Assembly (NCBI GenBank): GCA_964016885.1
Contig: OZ024756.1
Location: 22,568,001-22,632,000 of the forward strand
Direction of reading: 5' to 3'
Length of the DNA: 64,000 nt
DNA from: Eledone cirrhosa
Lineage: Eukaryota
Below, in pieces: positions 53,767 to 64,000 of the stretch. The position numbers were made by a program, and so were the translations under genes. The notes under the pieces were generated by a model. It had not been told where the DNA came from and did not search any database. It worked only from the letters and a program-made list of their open reading frames with translations. Position 1 is the first letter of the stretch. Each line of letters begins with the position of its first letter.

Positions 53767-56589
53767 CCGATCAGTAATCTCTTGACTACTAAAATGTCTT
53801 AGAAGACTAGATAAATGTGTTAAGAGAGAGTTTCTTAGTCAGCCTATGAACATTTCCGCCGAACCTTGTATAACGAGTTATGATAGACATGTGACCATCT
53901 TTGGATGTTTTACTCTCATTCCTTGGTTTATTCTGCAAAACATTTATAAACATCGTGATTTATGTCGAAAGTTCTTTTACAAGAGGTTCCGAGTGTGAAG
54001 ATTTCTGCAATAGTTTTTGTTCCTAGTTGAAAACAATTTTGAAGCTGACTTATAGTTTCACTTATTCTTCATAATTCTTTGTAGTTTAAGTCATGTGTGT
54101 CTTTAAACATACGGTTCTAAGCAGTCCTAAACTGCTACTTCATTTCTCAATGTAACAATAATAAATTGTTTTATCTCGCTTTGTATGTGGCTACTCTTAT
54201 ATTATATCACATTACAGAAGTCTTTTATTTGATCTACGTTGTGGTTATCTAAAGTTTTTTAATGCTTCTGCAGGTATTTTATCTGCTCAACTTACATTAC
54301 TACTTTCCATTGGATCTATTACATTTTGTCCTTTTAACATTTTATTTTTCGTTAACATCTTCAAAACTTGAACATGGACTGTTTCTTCACATCCACTCCT
54401 AGTTCTTTTATGTATTCAAATCATCAAGATATAATCTACTCACCATCAAACGCTATATTTCCAGTTTTATCTTTAACGTTATAACATTGTTTACTCAAGC
54501 ATTTACTTTTGTGATCTCATGTTTTATTATACATTTCTTGCGATTTATGATGGTTATTAAGCTTTTAAACTGATCATCCAGTCAATTGTTTTTTTGTCCT
54601 TTTGTGTGTGTTTCCTCATAGAGAACGGATCTCTTTATTTAGGGTGTTATATCTATCTTGATCATTCTTCTTCTATTTCGTTGTTTCATTTATTTTGATA
54701 ATATTTTATCAGTTATCTATTTGATTTTATCTTATTTTCTCTTACTCTTTCAGCCAATGTTTTCTATTGTGATGTTTACATGTAAGTTGTAATTTTTATT
54801 TGATTTTGACTTATTTCTTGTTTTTAGTCTTCCTTGAGTAAATATTCCTACTGGTTTCCTATTTCTACATTATATTTCTGCTTATAATTCTGTTTGTTTT
54901 AGCCAACTTAAGTATAATTGTCCACGTCTTTTAGCCATTTTCATTTTCTTAAGTTTGATTTGTAATATAATTACCACAGAAGTATTGATATCTGTGTCAG
55001 GGTGGCTCTTTACAACTTTAACAGTTTCTAGACTGTTGCCTTATATTTATTTGTTTAATCAATTTCATCAATTTAAACGTCCGTATAGAGCTAGTAAGCC
55101 ATGACAGACTAAGTGAAGTATATAGCATGTGAAGATATACAGAGATAAGTGAATATAAAAATAAAAATAATATAAAAACTATAAAATATATATAGATAAA
55201 TCCAACGGGAGGCAAAATAAGCATAAAAATATAACAATAAAAAAGAGAGAAGCAAAGGGAAGTTGTAAAGCAGCTGGAAGGTTCTGTTGAATCTTTTCGT
55301 AACCTCCATATACTCAACGATTTTATAAGTATGTAGTCTATCCGATTTCTTATGTCACTCGTACTCTTCCATAGGAATAATGTTTGTCTTGGCTGCTGGA
55401 ATATAGTTTTGGTGGCTATAAATTGTTTCATCGACAGAGATGGAGCGGCCTGTCACCTATTTTGATATTTTCAGCTAATTTTTATTGGCATCTGATATTG
55501 TCAGTGTTTCCTTTGTCGACGTTTGTATTACAATCTTCCACCATAATTGTCATTTCTATAGCTTTCGTGCATTGTATTACACTTTAATTTTGTTGGCAAG
55601 ATTTTTCTCTTTGTCTTGTTTATCGGAGATTCATTACCACCACTCTATCCGAACTTGTCTAGTAGATAATTAGTGATTTTCTTAATAGGTTTTTCATCTA
55701 CATTCCCACTTCTTTACTATGCTTGTTCTATGTCTGTGATATTCTCTTTCAATGTTAACATCATCTGTCCAGATAATTTTAGATATTTACATTGTGTAAA
55801 TATTCATTCGTTTCTGTTTTCTTAATTACCAGCAATGTAGCTTCCGTAATGCCAGATCATAATTTCCTATGTCATTCACCGGTGGGATCTTGCCCTAGAA
55901 AAATTGTTTCTACTTTTGGCACAAGGCCAACAGGTAGGATCTTACCCTAGAATAATGTAGTGAAAACCATGGTACTTCTCTGACACCAGCAAAGCTTTAG
56001 GATATGTCTTGTATGCGAAATTCCTGTCAAAAATATCTGCTTGTCGGCTCCAACTATCTCGTATTTTTTTAATTGGTCGTTTCAGATAATTCTAATGCAG
56101 TCCTTTCTTGCTCGCGGAACCCTTTCTTCTTCACAATCTACCGACTCTTGTGGGGCTCAATGTTAGGATTTGACCCTATACGTTTACTTCTTTAAATTAA
56201 TGTCCAATTATCCCTCAAGCCTAACAACACACCTCAATCTTACATAATTTTTCACAAGCGTCTTCTACGTGTAACAGACAGCACTGTCTATAGCCAACCC
56301 TAACAACAGACTTCATTCTTATGTAACCTTACTCAAGCGTCTTCCACGTGTAATCCCAACACTATGCACTGTCTATAAACAAAACATCCTTAAGGCACCC
56401 TTCTATGAAGCCTAGCCAATCTTGTGTTTTTCAACAAGAACCCTTTCCCCCAAACACACTCCCAAAACACTGCTCATATCAACTCACCCGTCTTAAGCAT
56501 GAGTAGCAGGCATATATATCCCTAAATACTGGGACATACATTCACAGAGGATCTCTAAGACAGAACGAAATTACTCCCATGGATTAGAC

Positions 56590-56908
56590 TAGGGGCGTGT
56601 AACAGGAGGCCCGCGAGCCACTATCCGGCATGCCAGACCAGTCAGAGTGGCACGCGATGAGCGTTTTTAATTTTTACCTTGTAGGTTTATTTAGAATTTT
56701 TTTCGTAACCGTAATACAATTTTCTGTTAGTTGACCTATACTAAAGGGCTTCACTGATAGGGTTATGTGTGTTATAATTTCCCAGTTCCATATTATGGAA
56801 AGGAGTTGTGGTGAATCTTTGGGATAATGCTTAATAAATATCAATGGCCCTATTAGTTGTTCCAATGTTCAAAAGTGGCCCGCCAATGAAATATGTTGCA
56901 CACCCATG
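56590..56908. mobile_element. hAT (Charlie-like) MITE
   Basis: TIRs taggggcgtgtaaca / tgttgcacacccatg; perfect 8-bp TSD gattagac. Confidence 0.85.
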
Positions 56909-58119
56909 GATTAGACTAACTCTAAACCTTGTCCTTTTCTTTATTACATGCGCCAAATATTATTGATTCTTTACAAAATTCAGATGAACCCCACAACAGA
57001 GGCTTCCTCCCTTGTCTGTTATGCTGTTCTGTTGCTGCACACTCAGTCATCTTAGACAACATCCATAGAAAAACCATTCCACTAAATGTCAGTCAGAAAC
57101 ACAATCCATAGCCATAATCCACATTTGTGCTCTATCCTCACCCTTCCTTTCTAGCTACCACTACAATGGCGAGTCATATGTCACCTTTCTCAAGCACTTC
57201 ACGCTTCCTTATTACCTACACTATCATCATTACTAATATTCTGTTTGTAACCCAATTCATTTACTAATTAATACACCCAGTCATTGCTGTCCAGAGCATC
57301 ATACCTCTGAAAATACCTCCCGGGCTTTGTTTTTTCAGCACTTTAAACGGAATGTCAACGATAACGTCTTTCCAATCTTGGACAGAATGTCCAGATGACC
57401 GCCTTTACTCCAGATCTACCATATCAAAATATAACTTCAACTGAATCTACTTAGAAAAGTCTTCATCAACCTTTAGATCACTGAATATTTATTTATTTAT
57501 TTATCCCTTCTTTCTTTCTTTCTTTCTTCCTTTCTTCCTTCCTTTCTTTCGTTCTTTCTTTCTTTGTTTCTTTCTTTCCTTCTTGCTTCCTTCTTTCCGT
57601 CTCCCCCCCCTTCTCTTTCTCTTTCTCTTTCTCTCTCTCTATCTCCCTTCATTCAACCATTCCCTCTTTTATTTCTTCCCCCCATTGTAATAGTTCTACC
57701 ATTTCTTTCGTTCTTTCATTGCTGTCTCCAATGTTATGTTATTGTCTCCCAGACAGGAAGTGAGAGACGTAGAAGAAAAACAAAACAAAACAAGACAAGA
57801 ATCAGTAATGTGCTTTCTGAATGTTTACCAAAGTTTATAAATGGAGGTTTGCAGTAATTAAATGATACACTAGTGGTGGATATATTGGTGGATTGGTGCT
57901 GATTCCTAGAGAGCTGTTCAATAATGTGTCTGTAATCACAGTTGTCTACTTTTATAAAAGAACTGCTATTTGTGAAGTTATGTGTGCGCCTGTATACAGG
58001 TACATAGGTGTGTGTATATATATATATGTGTGTGTGTGTGCGTATGTGTGTGTGTGTGTGTGTGTGCGTGTGTCTGTGTGTGTGTAGTATACATGTATAT
58101 ATATATATATATATATATT

Positions 58120-58325
58120 TTTATTTTATTTTATAGAAGGAGCTTCTACAGGACTAGTACTGTTTCATTCAGATGAAATCTTCAGGAAGCTCCTGAAGAT
58201 TTCATCTGAATGAAACAGTACTAGTCCTGTAGAAGCTCCTTCTATAAAATAAAAAAATTTTACTCTGCCATGTATTGAGTACCTTACTTACTGTGGTTAT
58301 CCCCGACTCAACCCGGGACCTACGT
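58120..58325. mobile_element. Family A palindrome with intact minus-strand hammerhead 58140-58192
   Basis: gagcttc CTGAAGA tttc atct gaat GAAAC ag tactagtc ct GTA gaagctc (7-bp stem I). Confidence 0.9.
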
Positions 58326-58340
58326 ATATATATATATATA

Positions 58341-58528
58341 TATAGAATGCAGTAATGGCTTCGACAGGAATAGAACTGTTTCATTCGAAGGAAATCATCA
58401 GGAAAGCCTGAGGATTTCCTTCGAATGAATCAGTTCTAGTCCTGCAGAAGCCGTTTCTATATTAAATATGTATTCTCTGCTATGTATTGAGTACTTTACT
58501 TACGTAGTTGCCCCCGATTGAACCTGGG

Positions 58529-58530
<2 letters not shown>
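58341..58530. mobile_element. Family A palindrome; minus-strand hammerhead 58357-58407 with GUC site
   Basis: ttc CTGATGA tttc cttc gaat GAAAC ag ttctattc ct GTC gaag. Confidence 0.85.
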
Positions 58531-58563
<33 letters not shown>

Positions 58564-58612
58564 TATATATATGAGAGAGAGAGAGGGGGCGGTGTATATA
58601 GAGTTGTGATAC

Positions 58613-58702
58613 CTTCATATTGGAGTCAGAAATGGTAGGTACAGCAATCTCCGCCGTGTTAATATCCATTCCTGGCCTGAAGCTGTCATTAGGGACGTCA
58701 CA
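58613..58702 (-). CDS. Possible 90-nt phase-0 exon
   Basis: tag|CDVPNDSFRPGMDINTAEIAVPTISDSNMK|gtatca; open frame, but weak polypyrimidine tract. Confidence 0.3.
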
Positions 58703-59031
58703 CTATTTCAAATATTGGGACCACCCAACAAACAAAATAGTTTAACGTGACCTTGCAACAAATTGACATTTTTTACACTTCGTCCGATGACAAATATGAA
58801 ATGTAAGCCGCTGGGTAATTCTTTATCCGCTTCCCTAATATCCCTTGCCTATATTTAACCTAGAATTTGCTTCTGAATAACAGAGAAAATAAACAGCGCA
58901 TTTTCCATTATCTATGATTTTTATGAGCTTAAAATCAATGATACATTTATATACAAGCTACACATGAAAGAAAACTTCTGATAACACCCTCACTTCTTTT
59001 TATATTTAGCTTATATATAATGTAGTATTTA

Positions 59032-59082
<51 letters not shown>

Positions 59083-59179
59083 GGGGGGGGCGGAAGAGTC
59101 AGGAGCCCGACGGCTGAGCTCCGGCCGTTTCGACAGTTAGATCCGAATATATATATATATATATATAAATATAAATATG

Positions 59180-59211
<32 letters not shown>

Positions 59212-59299
59212 GTGTGTGTGTGTGTACAGATATAACAATATATGTTCGCATGTACACACACATATATACAATTTATAACCACTTCCGTAAAGCTTTGTA

Positions 59300-60110
59300 T
59301 TAAGATAAATCAAAGGCTAAATATTTGGATGCTGGCAAAATAAAGTGGTAGTCTACAAGGAATTTCGCAGCTGAAAAGAATGTTGGAAGGCCAAATTTAC
59401 ATATGAAACTGACATGCCTTGACAGATAAATATTGTAGCGAAGAATGGAAATACCTACTTGACTGAAAATTATAGGCCATTAGTCCATGCTGCAATATTT
59501 TGTATAAGCTTTGCACAAACTGTCTTATACAATTCCTCCTAGACCACGTTTAGTCAAATAAGGTGGTGAGTTTTGAAAGAGATAGAAAGAAGGAAGTATG
59601 GTGATGCTCTGATGCTGTAAATCTTTCACGTGGAATATTTATGAAGACAGTCTGTAGGTGTTAATGTTTATGTAGCCATTGAATCCAGAGTAATTTCCTT
59701 TTTGAAATGTTCAATGTTTATATGTTAGATATTTATATAACAAAATAATTTTAGTTTTCTCTGTGTTGACAACCAAAACAACTGCACAGGAAATATTTAG
59801 AAGATTGAGACACAGCTGGCTCGAATGAAAAAGTTCTCAGTTGATATTTGAATAAAATTAGATGTATAGAAACATTCTTATTTGATCGCTGTGCAAAGGA
59901 AAACTGTTTGGGAAAGGTGAACCCATTTATGACTATGCTAACTCTATCTTTTTTTATCCGTACAAGGACTATAATAAATGCCGAGGTATTTATGAAAACC
60001 TGTGTCACAAAACTCACAAAAGTGTTGTAAACGTAGATGGAGTCAGTAAAGCATATTACATCAAGACTTTTAAGAAATACTGTATTATATGCTTTCATCT
60101 CACAACAATA
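59300..60110 (+). mobile_element. Very decayed non-LTR RT remnant (R4-like N-terminal RT motifs)
   Basis: AKNGNTYLTENYRPL then YKLCTNCLIQFLLDHV*SN resemble PK.....NYRPI.....YKL.T..I.....H...N. Confidence 0.4.
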
Positions 60111-61090
60111 ATAATTGAGAAAGTATTTGATATAACAGTATTGACACCAATATTTACGGTACGTTTCATCCCATTCATACTACAACTAACAATATCTTAA
60201 CATCAACTATAAATTTCCTACGAAGTAGTGATACTATGAGAAGAAACATAGGAAGTGTCTTATGATCAATCAAAATATTATTCAAATGTCATATGATATC
60301 TCCTTCATTACTGATTAATCTACAATGTCAATGGCAGGGAGACGACGTGTGTGTTTAAAATAGATGGCAGAAATATTTCATGAATTAGGAATGAATTAAA
60401 AAGAAAAAAAAAAAGAAGAAGAAAAAAAGAAAACATTCACATCTTGAAGACGTTCTAGAAGACAATAAAACGTACTGGTGAGAAATATTCAACGTATTCA
60501 GAAGATGTAGTTCAATGGTATTTTCCAAAGCAACATGGCAATTATGTCAATATTTAGAGGAAGTATAACTTGAGTTTTTGTACTGCGCCTTTTAAACTAT
60601 ATCACATTTCGATGGTATCTACGGCGAACCTAAATCATTAAAGCCAAAATCCCCAGCAAGGAACTTTTGAAAATATTTTATATATCTCTTTCTTATCCTT
60701 TCCTGTAACACCTAGTGGGGTCTTAGGGGCATCGTATTGACATACGGCGTTTCTATGGCATTATAAAACCTGGTGGAGCTCATCTCCTCTCCAGGTCTGC
60801 ATACAGATTTCTTCCAGACAAGAACAGACAGTGAGAGAATGGAAATGAGAAAGAGATATAAAGGAAGAATCGACCCCAATACTGGAATAGAACTTTTTTA
60901 TCGACCTCGAAATGATGAAAGGCAAAGGTGACCCCGGCAAGATTGGAACTCAGAGAGCAGAGAGCCGGAACGAATAGAGCAAAACATTCTACCAGACGTT
61001 CTAGCGTCTTCTATTCTATATATCTAGAAAGCTTTATATGTGAGACCATTAGCTGACTATGAATTTACATTCATTACTTTCGTATATGTA

Positions 61091-61197
61091 ATCCCGCCGA
61101 GGTTGACTTTGCCTTTCATCCTTACGGGGTCGATAAAATAAAGTACCAGTAATGCACTGGGTAATTGCTGGCCTTGCGCCTAAAGTAGAAACAATTA
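61091..61197 (+). mobile_element. 5'-truncated SINE family 1
   Basis: Core and tail; ttactttcgtatatg appears on both sides. Confidence 0.85.
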
Positions 61198-61776
61198 CTT
61201 TCGTATATGGCATTGAAATGACTTATATTTCCCCAACACACGAAATATTGGGAGAACTTTTCAATTAAATCAACCACTAGCGAGGAATTACACCACACTC
61301 GGTAAGCAAATGAGGTCTGGGATCTTGTCGATTCCGGATTATTCATTTAAAAAAAAATGAACCAAAACAACAGAACAAGACGTAGAGCTAACAATGATTG
61401 TAATATATGAAAAATCATCAAATTGATCGTGTGATGAACAATATGAAAGCAATTAATATTAAAACTGCTCTACTTTTTCAAGATAAGGATATTGTGTTAT
61501 TGCTATTCATATTTCAATAAGATATAACTTTACATATACAAGATTTAATTTGATATTCAATATTAAACTTTCAAAATATGTTTGCCTATTGTAAACTGCT
61601 TACTCCCGAGCTTCAAATTTCAATTTTATTCTGTATAAAGTAATTCTAAATATTCAAATAACCTGAAATACATAGTGTAAAATGTTGACAACGTCGTTTT
61701 CTTTTTCTCCATTTCTCGTCATGATCCAGGTAGGTCGACATTTCTGTTGTTTTAAAAACATCATACATCAGTTAAT

Positions 61777-62006
61777 CAGAGCCGGATTTAATGTGGGACA
61801 AAAATGGCAATTATCCCGGCCCCCTGCAATGGAGGTGGGATGAGGTCAATAGCGACTGTTGTACCAATTAATTTGTGCCATCTATTGGGCCAAGCTGGCT
61901 TTGATACGTAAAATTGGGAGTTTGCTGTGTATTCCAAGTATTTGTGTATAAGGGGCCCCAGAAAATTGACGAGCCCTGAACCCCCAGATGTCTAAATCCA
62001 CTCCTG
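61777..62006. mobile_element. hAT MITE
   Basis: TIRs cagagccggattta / taaatccactcctg; imperfect 8-bp TSD cagttaat / ctgttact. Confidence 0.7.
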
Positions 62007-62270
62007 CTGTTACTGGATTATTTCAAACCCACTTCAAATCAACTATTTAGCTAGGTAACTAATTGTACAACTATAAGTATTAAGCCAGTTTAGGTTACGA
62101 AAACGGCCCCTTCCCTTAACCCCAATGTCAAAATTCCGTTGAGGATATTTTAATTACTCTTAGGACATTTTAAAAACTGAAGAATAGTTAAATATCTATT
62201 TAACCCTTTTCTCAAAAAGTTAAATCTTCACATTGCTGTGATTTTAAAATTAACATTTAAAGCTCTAACA

Positions 62271-62800
62271 CAGGCATGGACAACATTTTTCGAGAAGTGG
62301 GCCACATAAGATATGGTTCATCATCAGACGGGCCGCAATCGCTAATTTACATTCGTGCCCACATTAAAAAAAAGGGCGGTAACTCAGGTTGTTTTGATTG
62401 GTTTCTTCAGAATTCGTACACGTTATTTTCCTTGATCGTAAAATGATAGAAAGATAAATTACGACTGAACAGTTGGGTAAAACAATCAGAAAGATTTCAC
62501 TTAGGTGACTTAGGCGAGTCATTCAGAAAGCTTCGCTGTGAGTGTCTTAAAACTGATGACTACAAGAAAAATCCGAGAAAGGAATGTTCATAACGTGGAC
62601 TGATCACTATATTCACAACCATTCTGTAGACCCAGCAAGCAAGAAATATTTGAGCGATTATCATAGCGCAACTTTCTAAGGCTGTTAATAAATGGATTGA
62701 ATTCCTTTATAAGCATAGGCTCCTTCGTCACCAAATTTTCAATATTTCGTTCTATGGTTTTTATGATAAATATCATATCCTCTTTATAAGATAATCTCTT
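62271..62800 (-). mobile_element. hAT transposon end with decayed transposase C-terminus
   Basis: caggcatggacaac..gggccacat..gggccgca terminus; minus-strand fragments SLRKL, AMIIAQIF, GST, MNI resemble the hAT dimerisation region. Confidence 0.45.
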
Positions 62801-63120
62801 CTCAAGTTTTCCAATTACTGGAGCATTTGTATGAGTGTGATATCAACGTTGATTGACTACGTGCAAACTGTGCTTTGTAATAAAGTGGTGCTAAATAAAA
62901 GTTGCGCATGCGAAGAGAATTTAGGCGTCTCCAGGATTATAGACTACAGACATCTGAGAAATCTGAAGCAAGCAGAGAAATTCCAAAGTGAAAAAAGACT
63001 GCACCTTTATACATACAATATTGAACTCTAATATGGAGTTGAGTACTCGTTACAACGTTCACCAATATTAAACGGATATATGTACTGTGTAGGGGGAAAA
63101 TAGGCAGAGATAGAGAGAAA

Positions 63121-63196
<76 letters not shown>

Positions 63197-64000
63197 GGAG
63201 AGAGACAGAATGTGTGCCAATGCTGAAACCTCCAAATTTCTAGCTATTATAAGAAAGAAGAATCAACGAGATCAACGGATAAAAGATATATTTGAATGCA
63301 ATCTATACATTTATGACGCCTAAAAGAAAGAAAAAGTGAAAGAAAGATAGAAAGAAAGAAAAGAAAAACAAGAGAATGAATCAAATTCAGGGAGGGAGAA
63401 ACAGAAGAGAGATATATCCTTGAGTTAAAACACTTTTAGAATAATGTTCATTCATAAGAATGTTAACAGGTTTTAATGCAACGACGAAACAAAGAGAAAG
63501 GAAAGAGAAAGACCTAAATAACACAATGAGCCACAATATATTAATTAAAGGAAAGGGGGGTTAATGTGGGTGAAAAAAAAAACAACAACTAAAAACAACG
63601 GAAAATGAAGTAATGTAAAAGAGGGGAGAAAGAATATTTATAAAAGTGGGAACGATCTTACTGAAATTCAAAATTCGATAACGTTTTATAAAAGACGTAG
63701 CAAATGTTTCCCTTTGTGTAAGCAAGTACAAATAACTTCCGATCTTCAGTTCAAGCATTCGTTATTTTGGGGGATGATATTAATTCTTTCTATGTTTAAG
63801 CAAATATAACTAGGTGAGAATTCTATTGTACTGCCAGTACAAATAGTAGGTAACATAGCAAGATAGCAAGAACGGACCAAGGTATTTTAAAGGGGGTTGT
63901 GACAAGTGTCTCTCTCTATATAATAGTTTAATACCTACAGGTTCATCGTAACAATAATGAAACAATAGTACTTTTATAGCAATCAACTTCATGTATTGTT

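Larger units (their letters stand above)
52620..55870 (-). mobile_element. Heavily decayed, interrupted RTE-clade LINE (APE endonuclease plus RT)
   Basis: KTIFQQPRQTLFLWKSTSDIRNRIDYILIK (cf. NT.FQ..RR.YTW.SP....NQIDYIL), SHPDTDI..IKLKK, VKDKTGNI, ISQLQCGFQLGTGTSPEIFTL (cf. Q.GFR.G.GT..AIF.L). Confidence 0.65.

Overview
AT-rich, microsatellite-saturated animal genomic DNA. The SINE families and repeat landscape suggest an octopus or other coleoid cephalopod (inference). Almost all supplied ORFs are simple-repeat artefacts. No complete gene is visible: there is one good and one weaker candidate internal exon on the minus strand, so most of the window may be intronic. The rest is decayed LINEs (RTE, Tx1/L1, CR1, CRE, possibly R4), two tRNA-derived SINE families, and hAT, pogo/Tc2 and mariner remnants. 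The main signal is that the short 'unique' islands between (TA)n tracts repeatedly fold by eye into type I hammerhead ribozymes (stem I - CUGANGA - stem II - GAAA - stem III - NUH - stem I'). I count more than 25 intact or decayed motifs from at least a dozen unrelated sequence families. They are typically arranged as head-to-head palindromes whose two outer ends run into (TA)n, and the inversion point often lies at the ribozyme. They include recurrent non-canonical cores (CAGANGA, CCGANGA, UCGAUAA), an extra base after A9, palindromic stem III, and stem II domains of up to about 100 nt. This fits Penelope-like element (PLE) termini or retrozyme-like elements. All folds were assigned manually; no search or folding program was run.
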